Source of the DNA: Bugula neritina
Lineage: Eukaryota; Animalia; Bryozoa
Length of the DNA stretch: 64,000 nucleotides
Direction of reading: 5' to 3'
NCBI GenBank assembly: GCA_964035545.1
Contig: OZ037769.1
Location: 3,453,929-3,517,928 of the forward strand
The notes under the pieces are model-generated. The model was given only the letters and a program-made list of their open reading frames with translations, was not told the origin of the DNA and made no database searches. Position numbers and translations under genes: made by a program. Each line of letters begins with the position of its first letter. Positions within the stretch are counted from its first letter, which is position 1. Of this stretch, positions 38,920-53,800 are shown piece after piece.

Positions 38920-41659
38920 TAGTTACGCTGTTGGTTAGCTCCCCGAGAGTGTAGCAGATGTTCATGTCAGTTAAACTCATCTCACTACAGCAAGAGAACA
39001 ACCAACACTGTATTAGAATTTCTACTAGATTATCTGAAGTTGTGCAAAAACTTAAACTCTCTTCTGAATTATTTATTAGCTATAAATGTTACACCTGGTA
39101 CTAATTGTTAATACATTATAACTTTCCAATGTTATGTCTGTAAAAGTTCAAACGTTATTTTCAACAGTAATAAATAATAGTTTTAAAAACTGTCTATACC
39201 AAAAAGTTTTCTACATCGCTGCTCTAAAAGTGACCGTGACAAATCAATTAGCAATGTCTGCCCCAAACAGAAGATTATTCGTAAAAAATGTGCTATAAAT
39301 CATAGATGAAAGCAAGTTTGAAAGCCTAAGCTTAATTTTTTGACGCCTTAAAAATTGTCAATATAATCAAAACTAACTTACAAAAATACTGGTGACTAGT
39401 CATACTAAAACGATTGAGTTTTATTCAACAAGCTTTGAATTGCTTTGAAAAGTTGATGTAAAACTTATAATAATTTTCAAAGTTTTAAACTCTAATATTA
39501 TGCTCAAAAACATTTTTTTTGAACAGTTGACAAAATCTCAGATTTGACAATTTATACAGTTTGCCCAGAAAAGTGACTTTAGCCATAATTTACCATTATG
39601 ATTCCCAACCTTGAAAACTTATGCAGAATAGCTATATTATAAAACTATTAAAAGTGTACAAAGACTACAAATCTATTTTACAACTTATAAATCGTCAACC
39701 GTTAGTCAGCTGGTTTTTCCACCATTTTATCAAAGTTTAAAGCAGCAGCACAAAACTACCGGCAGCTGACTTTCAACATCAAGTTAACAAATTTGATAAC
39801 GTCAGCATCTTGCTAACTCCTCTGGAACCATTTTGATACTCACTAATACTAATATACTTTTATCACTAATCTTCATATCCAGCCAAAGCAAACTGAAATG
39901 GGTAATATACCAAATAGAACTATCTTTAAACTGGTAATATACGGTGTGAGCATACACTTGTACTATCCCATTTTCAAGTTAATTAATGATCTGCAGTAAA
40001 CTGATACTTCTAATAAATACTCCTGCATCTACCTGTTGATCAAAGTGGTAATAGGTTCACCTGGTAGTAAGGTAGTAGGTACACTTATTAATGTAACTGT
40101 AGGTTTACCTGCTACAGCAGTGTTCAGTGTACCTTAAGATCAATATAAATTGTGCCAATGATTACATACCTTATCCTATCTTTCTCCTTCAGCTTTTATC
40201 CACACAGTGGAACTCCGTAACTGATGGCGTAACGTTACACTTGCCGTCTTGATTATAGCACAGGAGGTGATACAAACACTGAATGTTATACACTCATTAT
40301 GCATGCATTGTTACCAGCAGAATGTTGAAAACCCTAGCTGGTGGGAATTTAGAACTACAATGATTATATATAAATAATTTTCTTTTATAATCCACTTCGA
40401 ATATATAATACACTTTCTAGTCTGAGAAACTTGTCTCTTGAGTCATAACTTGGGCTCAAGGCATACAACCCTCACCTGAAATTGAGTACTTCTACGTCCA
40501 ACGACTTACAATCATGCATTTGGTGGTTTCCGTCATCCCAGCATTTCCATGTCGGAGCACACAAAGAGGGAGGTAAATTCTACATAATGAACTGGTTACA
40601 GCGATACCCACTGTATGGGTGTGTCATGTCACCTAATGATTAATTACTGCATAATCCTATACACAATATGCAACCCATGAAAGTGGGACTAGCAACAAAA
40701 AAGTAATTTGCATAGCATTCATGATTTAAGTGCCAATGTAAGATGAGCTTCAAACCAATTTGAGTTGTTTTCGACTTCATATAATACCAAGAGACTTTGT
40801 AAGAATTTCAGTTGGTACAGTAATTATGCCACCTGCAAGCACTAGGGTCTGTTCTTGATAGAAACCATATTCAAAGAAATCAGCTAGCATCAACTGTACA
40901 TCATGTCCTATTTATACGCTTTCAATATTGTTATTAGCCTGCTACATTTTCAATTGAAAGATCTTTAAACCACTAAAAGGATGAACAATTCATTTTTCAT
41001 TTTTGTGTATGTAAAACTTTACAAATTGTGGATAATACTTAACATTCAAAAGTGAAGTGTGAATTTATTGTGACAATATTGACATGTATTGAATTTTGAG
41101 ATTAAATATAGTTTATGAAACAAATTGGAGTAAACTGAACTAATGCAGCTGGGAAAAACTAGCTGAGTAACATTAAACAGAGAGTTTATTTTGAATGCAT
41201 AAGAGTAATCTATGGATTACGAAAGATCAGCTTTAATAAAGAAAACATGATGAAAGTTTAAAATACCATCTCACATGCATTACGTTAGAAAGGCTAGTTT
41301 TCAGTTAGTACTTGAGAAAAATTAAATTTGATTATTTTTGCTTATTAGTTGAGCATGAAATTAATTTTTAAAATCAAACATCAGCAGAACCAATTTTTTT
41401 TAGATATAATGAACATGAAAAGCATAACAAACGGTATTAATATTTTTTGCGGTGAAACCTGAATATAAAACTATGCACTGGTACAAGTACATGGCTTCAA
41501 GAAAATCGATTTCCTAGACATAATTTAAGAGACATGAATCGCTAAGGCTACGGCGTAGACTAAGTTACCGGTATGAAAAGAAAGACTGAAGGATGCGATG
41601 TGATGTGGCATAAGAAAAGAATCACAACCAAATACATTTTTGCTTAACCATCAAAAGCC

Positions 41660-41800
41660 ACTTTTACAAATAATCAACCACTTTTACATAGAATTAACCA
41701 CTTTTACATAAAATTAACCACTTTTATATAGTGCTAACAACTTTTACATAGTACTAACCACTTTTACATAGAATTAACCACTTTTACAAATAATTAACAG
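41660..41800. repeat. 20-bp tandem repeat (aaccacttttacatagaatt) in the desaturase 3'UTR
   Basis: 6-7 copies, ~40 nt past the stop codon. Confidence 0.85.
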
Positions 41801-41840
41801 CTAGTAAAGTCAATGCTGCTGGCTTCCAGGTGAAAAACTC

Positions 41841-44800
41841 TTAGCTAGAATGAAATTCCTCGTACGTATGCAGCCACAGTTGACCAGAATGCTCAAGAGA
41901 TCTAAAACAAGAACCCAAAATGAGATGAGAATTTCAGCTGGTCACCAAACTATTCCAATAAAATGCAGTAAATTACATCTGCACGGCATAGAGATGACAT
42001 AAATACTTGAAAAAATAAAATAAATACATTTTAATAATGGATATAAGACTGTGACACAACAATTAGTATTTAAACTACTGAGAATAAACTGAGCTGTGGA
42101 TATTCAAGATAGACCGAGTTCCGTCATAGTGTACTCACCTAACAATGTCCTTGAAGGCTGTGAGCAGAGGCTTCACTTTGTATTCTATACCGTGCTTGGT
42201 ACAGAGAGAGCTGACCAGTGGCGCCACTTTATAATAGTTATGTCTCGGCATTTGCGGGAACAGACTACAAGACAGAATAAACGCTTCTTCTAATGGCAGG
42301 AGAGAAGACAATTGACAGAGAAAGATACTGGAGTGAAAACCACAGGCTAACATAAACTTAGCCTGTGGTGACCTCAGAATTTAGTGACAATATTTACCAT
42401 CCTTCTTATATCAGCGATTGTTCTATTTAGAGAATCTAGCATATCGTAACAAGCAATGCACTACGGCCTGGTTTCCAACCAAGTCCTCTACAGTGTAAAT
42501 TCACATAAAAACGAACATTCTCTACTGATACTGGTGGAGGATTTGTTAAACTGATTACAGATCTAGCCTTGAGAACCTAAATTATTCACTGTGCATTAGA
42601 CAGCAATTCCACCCTTCCCCCCTGAACTGGGACCACATGCTATCCTCAGGCAGTTCTGAATTTATTTAAGAAATATTGAAAAGGGGGATAGTTCGGCATT
42701 CCTACAGTTGATGATGCAATAAACAATATATAAATATTAATGCATCAATAAGATAAGTGAAAAGTGGATGAATGCAACTCACTGGTGCTCCACTTGAAAG
42801 TTGAGGTGACCAGTAAACCAGTCATTGAAGAAGGATTTCTCAATGTTGCAAGTTGCTTTCAGCTACAAACAGATGTATTGACTTGCTACAAAACTGAATG
42901 GGAATTGTCTGCCTATTTAGATACACTGGTGTGCTGAAGGGCAAACACATATATTATCAACAGTAATCAGAAAGGTAGAAGAAATTTTGCTGTTGAATGA
43001 CTGAAGCAAGTGAATTCCGTAGACAAAGATTTAGTTCTCATGGACAAAAGAGTTTTCAATATTTTGGTTATAACGATACCAACTAAAAGATGAGAGAGTA
43101 CTGCAGCTAATAGTTCGACAAGCTAGATTGGAAATATGTATTCAAATGGTAGTATTCACAAATTTTATGCCTATTTGCGACGAATATTAGGAAATTTCCA
43201 ACACACCTGGGCAAGAAGCCATGCTCTACCAGTTGGCTCATCTTTTTCTATAGTCATGGGAATATGATTGGACTGAGTGACCCAGGTAAACCAGTGACTT
43301 TCTATAACTCTACAGTGACACGTGACAGCATGTTGCGACATGTGACAGCATGTTGTGACATGTGACAGTATATACTGACATGTGACAGTATATTGTAACA
43401 TGTTACAGCAAGTTATAACAGGTGACAGTATACAGTGACATGTGACAGGATGTTGTGACACGTGACAGTATACAGTGACACGTGACAGTATACAGTGACA
43501 CGTGACAGCATGTTGTGACAGATGAAACAAAACATAGTACTATACAAAAGTTATTCACATATAATCAGACAGTATCATAGCAGATACAATACACAATATT
43601 ACAATACTATAACACAACAGATGTTAGGATGTGCTACATTATAATGCGTTAAAGTACTATATAATACACAGCAATGCTCCAACACAATGTGTGATTACAC
43701 ACCATATTGTTATGTTTTGTGATTCCCTGTGGTAATATGAAATTGAAGTAGCTGTGTAGTGTATGTCTATTAATAAAGCACTAGCAGGCAACTGGCTAAC
43801 AAGTAAAACAGGAATAAGTAAATGCAATGACAACTATTCATGTGGTAATAATAATAAAATAACAGTTTACATAAGGATGAATGACAAACCACAAATAAGA
43901 ATATGAGTGTATATAATGGTAAACAAATATTTTACAGCACTAAGCTGCTAGTCAGGTTATGCCATTGTAAGACTATCTATAAGTATGCATCACTCCTCCC
44001 ACACAATTCATGGCTCATATCTTTCAGGAGCTTTTCTTATGCGTTGTGGATAGCGTCTAGTGGTGGGATACTGGCTATGCTCAGATGTTGGCTCCGCATC
44101 TATGCTCTCATCATTTGGCATACTTTCAGTTGCAAGTCGAATTTGCAGTTGGTTACAATGTCTCTTCCAGATTCCTCTATCAGTGTCTACTAAGAATATT
44201 GTGTTGCCAACTCTACGAATTATTTTACCGGGCACCCACTTTGGTCCAGATGAGTAATTACGGGCATATATGAGTGAATTGACTGCAAACTGGGATGATG
44301 TGTTGTTGTTACTTTTTGTTTGGTAATTGTGATTGTTGGAGGGGTTAATTAGAGACAGCAGGCAGCGTGGTTGACGGCCATGTAAGACTTCAGCTGGTGT
44401 TTTCCATTCTAGAGCAGGGTGTGGCAGAGATCTGTATGTAGCAAGTGTTAGTCTAACACTGTCTGTGAGAGGCACTCCTCCCACACAATTCTTTTCAACT
44501 GATTTTTTGAAAGTCTGTACGAAACGTTCAGCCTCACCATTTGATGGCGGATGATGTGGTGGAGATGTGATATGGCTGATGCCATGCTGTTTACAAAATG
44601 CCTCAAAATCACTTGCGGTGAATTGTGGGCCATTATCAGTGACCACAGTGTTAGGAAGTCCCTCCAGGCTGAAAATGTCTTTAAGGACTTGAATAGTCTG
44701 CTTGGCAGATGTTTGTCCAATTTCCATTTTCCCCATGTACGGAAACTTGGAGTGGGCATCAATGCATATGAGCCACATTTTGTCTTTGAATGGCCCAGCA

Positions 44801-47800
44801 AAATCAAGATGAATACGTTCCCATGGGTGTTCAGTTTTAGGCCAACCAGTAAAGCACTGTGTTGGTGCAGCCGAGAGTTGTTTACAAACGTCGCAAGCTT
44901 TTGTGAGTTTTTCAATGTCTGCATTCAAAGAGCTCCACCATACATAGCGCCTAGCTAGCTGTTTAACTTTAAATACACCCCAGTGAGATGAGTGCAGGGT
45001 TTCTAGAACTTTAGTTTGCAGGGCTTTTGGTACTACCACTCTTGAGTTTGTGTCTCTTTGTAGGAGTACGATATTATCATGAAGGACAAGAGACTCCCTT
45101 TGTGCCCAGAGTAGTTGTAACTCTGGCTCAGCAGGTTTGTTGTTAGGCCAGCCCTCATGAATCCATGTGACAACTTTCTGAAGAGTATCATCATTCTGAG
45201 TTGCTCTTTTTATCTGCATTGAATCTAATGGAAATGTATGAATTTCTTCCCGTATTGTGTGTGATACTTCCATATCTTCTTGATGCTCTGCAGCATCAAA
45301 TTGCTCATCAATACCTAGTGGTAGCCGTGAAAGGGCATCCGCATTACCATGCTTAGAAGTCTTTTTGTAGGCAATGTCATACTGGAAAGCCATTAGTGTT
45401 AATGCCCAACGCTGGAGTCGTTGAGCTGTTGTAGAAGGGATATTTTTCTGCGGTGAGAAAATACTCACAAGGGGCTCATGGTCTGTTATTAAGATAAATT
45501 TTCGGCCATAAAGGTATTGACGAAATTTTGTTAGACCGTAAATTATTGAAAGTGCTTCTCGTTCAATCTGAGAATACTTCTTTTGGGTCTCTGTCAGAGT
45601 TTTGGAGCTGTAGGCAATAGGAGTTTCATTACCGTCAGCATCTTGTTGTGAGAGAACTGCACCAACGCCATAAGAGGAAGCATCAGTTGCAAGCACAAGG
45701 GTTTGTGACTCGTCGTAGTGCGACAGATTAGTAGCATTAATGACGTCTTCCTTAAGCTCTGTAAATGCTTGTTGGCAACCATTTGTCCATGCGAAAGAAA
45801 CTCCATCTTTGAGGAGATTGTACAAGGGAGCTGCTTTGTCAGCCAGATTTGATATAAATCGGCCATAGTAGGTGATTTTTCCAAGAAAAGCTTTCAATTG
45901 TTGAATGTCTTGAGGTATAGGCAGTTGTTTTAGTGCAGCGATGGATGACTCTGAGGGCCTCTTGCCTTCTTTGTCAATGACATGGCCCAGGTATTCCACT
46001 GAAGTTTTAAAGAATTCGCATTTGTCCAATCTTAAGCGAAAACCATGCTCTTGTAACTTTGCCAGCAGCCTGTTAAGGTTTGCCCAATGTTCATCTACTG
46101 TGCTACCAGTGATGATGAGGTCATCAAGGTATGCAGCTACACCAGGAAGCTCTACGGTGAGAGAGTCCATGCATCGCTGAAATTGTGCAGGACTTGATGC
46201 GATGCCAAAACACATTCGATTGTATCTATATAAACCAAATGGCGTATTAATCACACACAATTTCTTGGCTTCGTCATCTAACTCTAACTGAAGGTATGCA
46301 TCAGCCAGGTCCAGTTTTGAAAAGTAAACACCACCTCGCAGCTTTTCCATCAAGTCATCAAGTTTTGGTAATGGGTGCTGATCTATTGATATACGCTGGT
46401 TTAGCTGCTTAAAATCACCACAAACTCGAACTTTTCCTGACGGCTTTGAAACTACCACAATAGGTGCTGCCCAGTCACTAAAATTTATTTGCTCGAGAAC
46501 GCCTTCTGAAACTAATCGATCAAGCTCAGCCCTAGTAGCCTGTCGGGTTGAATATGGTATATTACGTGGTTTAGAGAAAGCTGGTTGTGCATCTGGTTTA
46601 GTGTGGATTGAAACTTTTAGTGATTTGCAGCGTCCAATGCCTGGTTTGAATACATCTGAGTAGCGTTTTTTAATGGTTGTAATGTCTGATGTCGGAAGAT
46701 AGTCATTGGTGGGTTTCTTGGAATTAGTATGTATTGTTTGGACTATAGCGGATAACCCTTGCTGTGAAAGACCAAAAGCGTCACTCCAGTCAAGGCCAAA
46801 AAGGTTTGATCCTTCATTTGAATCAACAACTAGAAGTCTTAGTTTTTCTTTTACAGTTTGCGCCAGTTGTACATCAACAAAACATTGACCCTTGACCTTT
46901 AGCGAGGAATTTCCATATGCATGTAGTGTAGTGTCAGTAGGCTCACAGGGGGGAGACCCTAGTTGTTTATAGCCTACTAAACCAACCATTGAGCAAGTGG
47001 CTCCTGTATCCCATTGAAATTTAGCTTGTTTTCCATTGACCAAAGCATTCAGCCATATTTGTTTACCTTTACGCTCATACATGCTATTAGCTTTTTCAAT
47101 CACTTGGTAAATGGTGCTGGTAGTTTCATCAATTACATTGCTTGAATTGGATGCATTAGTGGGTTTCGATTGGCACACGGAACTAATGTGTCCTATGCGC
47201 TGACACATATTACATTTTTTATTTCTATGAGGGCATTGTTTCCTGTCATGCTGTGTAAAACATTGCGGGCAAGATTTAAGTTTAGTTATCTTACCAGAAT
47301 CTGGGTTGTCGCTGCTGTCATAATGTTTTGTGGGTTTGCGTCTGTCTTTATAGGAGGCAGACATCTGGTGCGTAGTCACCTCTGCCAGTTCACCTTTGAG
47401 TACTTTATCTGTCTCAGCAGTAGTTATGAAAGTATTAGCTTTCTTTAGAACATCGTCTAGACTGGGATCGGTTTCTAGTAAACAGAGCCTGCGTACATCA
47501 GCGTGTGGTGTTTCTTTAATGATGACATCTCTTATTTGTTCATCAACATAAGCTTCACCACAGCCAGTTTTCTTGCATATAAAATTGCAGTTGCGAGCAA
47601 TTCCGCGTAGGTCAGCTGCCCAATCTGAGTATGATTGTTTTGGCTTCATCTTGCAATTATAGAATTCGTATCTAGCTGCCTGCACATGCTTCTTCTCCAC
47701 AAAGTGTTCACTGAGTTTTGCAGTGAGCTCATTTAATGATTTAGAAGTTATGTCCTCTTGTCCAAAAAGTTTGGTGAGAAGTTCATATGTTTCTGAGCCA

Positions 47801-50800
47801 ACCCATGAGAGCAGGCAAGCTCGCTGTTGAGTTGCATCTGTTACCTGGTAAACAGTGAAGTGTTGCTTAAGACGTTGTAAATATTGAGCCCAGGACTCCT
47901 TCTCTCTGTCATAAATTTCAAATCTAGGAATAGTGACGGACACTGTTGTAGCAACAGGTTGTGTGTTACTAGTTTTAGCTAAATGTCCAAGCATTGTATT
48001 AAATTGTTCCATCCGAAGCTTCTGTTGCGCTTGCATTGCAGCTATCAGTCCAGCTAGCTGTTCCTCCATATTATCAGCTATGGTATCCCACTCCTGACAC
48101 CAACTGTTATGTTTTGTGATTCGCTGTGGTAATATGAAATTGAAGTAGCTGTGTAGTGTATGTCTGTATTAATAAAGCACTAGCAGGCAACTGGCTAACA
48201 AGTAAAACAGGAATAAGTAAATGCAATGACAACTATTCATGTGGTAATAATAATAAAATAACAGTTTACATAAGGATGAATGACAAACCACAAATAAGAA
48301 TATGAGTGTATATAATGGTAAACAAATATTTTACAACACTAAGCTGCTAGTCAGGTTATGCCATTGTAAGACTATCTATAAGTATGCATCACATATAACT
48401 TCACAATGTAGCATATAAAGCTGTAATGCTACAGGATGACGTTATATAACATGTATACACATTATACAAATCTGACCTACCTCATCACCTCATAGTACAC
48501 AAGGACAGCCCCTACGCTCCCCAGGAGTGGATAGAGTAATACAAATACTCTGGCGTAGTACAAGATCATTAGAAACCCCTCCTACAATACAGCAGCAGTT
48601 TCATGAAACCCAACTCTCTCCACGTGTAACATAATCAGTACAGAGGAGCATCAGCTGAGATGTACGAGCTGTGGCAGCTGCCAGTTACTGTTCATAATGA
48701 AAATTATATGTTTGTTGGACTCTAAAAATCAAGAGAGCATAACTCTCAGTATTACAAACAAACAAACAGAATGAGTAGACAACAATGAGCAACGTGGCTA
48801 ATAACTGAAACATTTCCAAATCTGGCCAATGAAAGCACCAAGGAATAGGTTTTTGGCACATGTGAATGACAGCTCTCGGAGAAGTAAACTGACGCCCAAG
48901 TTGTGAGGTGCAGCGCAATCATACAAGCTACTGTTTAGTCACTGAAAGAAATATATACAGGGGACCACAGCATGACCTTGCCAGTGAGGAGTTTACAGAG
49001 TAACCACACCACTTACCAGGTAGAGACGGCGGGTGTAGGCGTGGCGGAACGTCATGAATTGGAAGTAAACAGGGAAAAGTAATGGCGGCCCAACTGTAAG
49101 ATACACGAAGGGTATTGAAGGAATCAGACAACACTATCTACATATATGCTATACATTCACAATCGAAAAACAAAAAATTCTTCACAAAATTAAGAGAAAA
49201 ATATGTTTACCATGCCACAAAAAAGTACAAATCAAAAAGAGCTGAACAATATTCATGGTGTGTTTGAACACTTCAACTAACTTGCTATCTAGGAATTTCT
49301 AATTGTCCCAAAAACTTAGAAATTGATGGTCATAAACAACAAATTTATAACTACTGATATTCATTTCAACTTTGATTATGGAAAATGTAAAAAATGTTGT
49401 GACTTTTGCAAAATGTTTTACACCCTCTATTAAAAAGTAGTTTGAAATGACCAAGTTTAAATTGAGAGCTACGCAGTCTCAACGTACACTCGTAAGAGTT
49501 TCCAAAACATGGTGAAGTAAAACAGAAGTAAATTATATATAGTAATGTGCATTTATATTACTGTATATGTAAAGTACTTAGGAAAAAGTAGTTGTGTTGC
49601 TTTTGGTACGGCATGGACGGTTTACTCTCCTCCTTTGCTTTCTCTACTGGCATTACGTTTCCAACAAGGAATAGCTTATCCATCCTAACATCAGGGTCTT
49701 TACCGATCTATACAGGAGAGAGAGATACAGTATAGACTAGTGTAAGTATATGTAGGCTAGTGTAAGTATATATAGACTAGTGTAAGTATATGTAGGCTAG
49801 TGTAAGTATATGTAGGCTAGTGTAAGTACATGTAAGCTAGTGTAAGTATATGTAAGCTAGTGTAAGTACATGTAAGCTAGTGTAAGTATATGTAGGCTAG
49901 TGTAAGTATATGTAGGCTAGTGTAAGTACATGTAAGCTAGTGTAAGTATATGTAAGCTAGTGTAAGTACATGTAAGCTAGTGTAAGTATATGTAGGCTAG
50001 TGTAAGTATATATAGACTAGTGTAAGTATATGTAGGCTAGTGTAAGTATATGTAGGCTAGTGTAAGTACATGTAAGCTAGTGTAAGTATATGTAAGCTAG
50101 TGTAAGTACATGTAAGCTAGTGTAAGTATATGTAGGCTAGTGTAAGTATATGTAGGCTAGTGTAAGTACATGTAAGCTAGTGTAAGTATATGTAAGCTAG
50201 TGTAAGTACATGTAAGCTAGTGTAAGTATATGTAGGCTAGTGTAAGTATATATAGACTAGTGTAAGTATATGTAGGCTAGTGTAAGTATATGTAGGCTAG
50301 TGTAAGTACATGTAAGCTAGTGTAAGTATATGTAAGCTAGTGTAAGTACGAGTATATGAAGGTGCATATAGACTAGAGTAAATAAGTATACACCAGTGTA
50401 CATATTATAAATTAGTGTAAGTAAATATTGGTTAGAGCAAATGTAGGTTACATGTATATGTAGGTAAGTAATATCAGAGAACAATAGCATATATCATAAC
50501 ACTCATGTTGACAAGGTACGGGACGGTACGGGACGCACCACGTTGGGTTTGGAGTGGTGCTGGTAGTGCATGTGGTTCCACCAGTGACCGCACGTCCCCT
50601 TCAGGAAACAGATGAGGAACATGTGATACATCCTATTGAGTTTGTTATTTCTAAACACTGAGAGGTGGCCCGCGTCGTGCTGGTGCCAGCCGAGTTGAGT
50701 CTACAAGAGAGAGCAATGGCCTTCTGCAACGATGTCTAGAGGGAGAGAAGTTCTTACAAAATAATCTACACTAACAAATGACAATGCATAGTTTTATTAC

Positions 50801-53800
50801 ATACCCTGCTACTCCAGGCGGAATAGCAGATAGCACAAGTGTTACATACATATATAACATATATAGGAATAGGTTTACACATCAATGTGGGTAAATAATT
50901 TGTAAAGGAATAAAAATACAATACACTATTTTATAGTAAACTTTTATGCTCAATATTATGTTGATAGCTTGACATCATATATTATTATACCTATAAAGAT
51001 AGTATATAGCCAAGCTATGTACTGAAATATTAGGTAAATAAAACCTATACCATGTGTCCAGCACATATTAAGTATATACAGAATATAAACAATAAATATT
51101 CTTTTTAAAGCAAAGAATATCCAACTAATGGCAGTAGATTTGAGTTGAGAGTGTGCAGTGGGACACAGGCTAGAGTGTTGAGTAGGACACAGGCTAGAGT
51201 GTTGAGTGGGACACAGGCTAGAGAGTGGAGTGGGACACAGGCTAGAGTGTTGAGTAGGACACAGGCTAGAGGGTGGAGTAGGACACAGGCTAGAGAGTGC
51301 AGTGGGACACAGGCTAGAGTGTGGAGTAGGACACAGGGTGGAGAGGGTTTACGTACCTGAGCTGTGGCAGCTAGAAGAACACTGGCTATCCAGGTAAGCC
51401 AGTTGACACCGTAATAACTCAGGACTAGGTAACTGCCCACCTCTAGGGCAAAGATTTGCAGCAAGACGAGGGCAAAGAAGACATAGCTGCTGTTGAACAG
51501 ACCCTGCATATGAAGGTGAAGGTCACATTAGATGGGTCACGCAGTGATAGCAGTCTTCAGTGTCAGCACGGAGCACAATAACATACGTGCTCTTAGATAA
51601 AAGGGGCAAGTAATGTATACAGATTGCTTATCACCAAAATATCAATGCAGAGGGCAGAATACAGTTTTAATATAATCAATAAACAAGATATGAAGAATTA
51701 TGCAGCAAATGCTACGGACTAGAGAGTTTAAATTCAGAGCAACTGACAACGTACCATCTTTTCAGCAGTCTGCCTCAGCTTCTCAAAATCCTCCTTCACA
51801 TCGGTGTGGGGGAGAGACTGGCCTTTCTCTAACCTACCAATACGCAGCGGCTTCAGGAACTTACGAACATAGTCTATGCTGTTTCTATGAAATGCTGCAA
51901 ATGCTTCCTACAAGAAAAAATTGAGCTGCCCGTCAGCTTCAACTTCTACAAGTATTACTATGAAAAAATATACCCAACTAATATAGACATGGCAAAAAAT
52001 TATAAAAAAGCAATAACAAAAGAGATATTAAGAAAAGTGTTACTTATATATAATAAAAAGAAGCAAAAGTCCCAATTTTTACAAATAAGAGCATAAGGTT
52101 TGGAGTTATCTTTCCCAGACAATACAAACACAATGCCATATGTAGTAATTCACATGACTATCTAATGAGTATTGGTGCACAGTGCACTGAGTGATAGCAA
52201 TATGGAGAAGGGAAAAGCGTCCGTCCGACCCACTAGCCTGATTCTAGGCTTCTCTTTAGCATATCAGTTCATACTGAACGTAGTCCTGGTGCTGGTAGCT
52301 TATGAGATTATTAGACTACAGCCTGAGGTGCAGCAGCTTACAGAGAGGGCTTCAGTGGTCAATCAACGTGGTGAACAGGTGAGTTCTAGGGAGACAGGTG
52401 AGTGCTAGGGAGACAGGTGAGTGCTAGGGAGACAGGTGAGTGAGAGTGAGGCAGGTGAGTTAGAGTGAGCAAGGGCCAGTCAGTGTGAGCAGGTGAGTGA
52501 AATGGAGCAGGTAAGTGAAAGACAGCGGTTGATTCAGTGATGTCCGTCATACTTATGCTAAAATGGATTGCATTTATAAACTTCATTTCTTGTAGATTAA
52601 TAAAACGACTGAATTAGGAGAAGAATTTAGAGAGAAAGTAAAAAGAGCAGTTATCGGGAATAACAGTCCGACAAAATGGCTAATTCGACAGGGTGCTCCA
52701 GGAGAAGATGGAAAAGATGGAAAGCCGGGTCCACAGGTGAGCTTATGCTGTTTACTATAGATAAAAACTTTATAAAGATAATAGATAAAATTCTTAGCAG
52801 TCACATGCCAATCTCTCAGTGTAAATAGCAATTAGTTTGACTGAGTGGTGTTGGTGGTGTAGGGACCACAAGGACCCCCGGGTGCCGATGCAGCTAGTAT
52901 ACAGAGGGTTGAAGACTATGTGAGGGCTAAGATCAAGGAGACCACTGTGAAAGGTGTGTAGACAACTCTTACAAAGTGAATCCCATTAAATTTAAACCAT
53001 TTCATATCCTGATACAACCTATTTTTTGCCTTTAGAGACGGTAAGACTGAGGATGACAGTGAACGATATACCAGTGGTGAGTGGCAACACATACGTCAGA
53101 TGGGGCAGAACTAGTTGCCCGCTGCTACACTCCGAGTTGGTATACAGCGGCAGGATGGGCGGATCACAGTACGATAGAGGTGGTGGATATAACCCCCAAT
53201 GTTTTCCCGACGAACCCCAGTACCTTACAACCACTACCAACACACAAGCGCCGCGAGTCACTGGAGCCGAGTACCAAGTGAAAGGGAACATTCTAGAACA
53301 GCAATCTTTGACCAACAACAACGTGCCATGCAGCGTGTGTCTGGCGACTGGTAGAACGTCCATCTTGATGATACCGGGATACACAAGGTGCCCGGATGAC
53401 AGCTGGACTAAGGAGTATGTAGGCTACCTCATGGCTGGAAAACATACTCACAAGAGAAGCCAATTCCTATGCCTCGATAAAGAACCGGAGAAAATGAGTG
53501 GGTATGAAGATAACAGGAATGGGGAGTTACTCTATCATACTGGTGTATTCTGTAACAACTTTAATAATTGTCCTCCTTACAAAAACAATGCTGAGCTTTC
53601 TTGTGTCGTATGCAGCAAATAAATTTATTAAATAACAACATTACTCCATCAGTCCAACATAATGTCAACAACAATCGAACAGCTTCAAAGTATAAACATC
53701 TAAGGAAAAGACTTGACAAGAAAAATACTAGCCAAAAAAATTTGAATTCAATCAAGTTTTGCTTAAGATAAATAATTTTTCAAATAATATTGAAAAATAT

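Noticed and set aside
43903-47448. Short antisense or alternate-frame ORFs within the retrotransposon
   Set aside because: They are shadows of the long gag-pol ORF with no recognisable env or accessory motifs.
48085-48102. tRNA-Leu fragment
   Set aside because: It is the 18-nt primer-binding site of the LTR element.
48481-48581. Possible frameshift making the desaturase a pseudogene next to the Gypsy insertion
   Set aside because: A recount gives 101 nt (phase 0 to 2), reading [34 protein letters not shown] in frame.
51105-51356. Repetitive peptide LACVPLHT / TQARV.SG ORFs
   Set aside because: They are read-through of an intronic 24-bp minisatellite beyond the donor at 51356.
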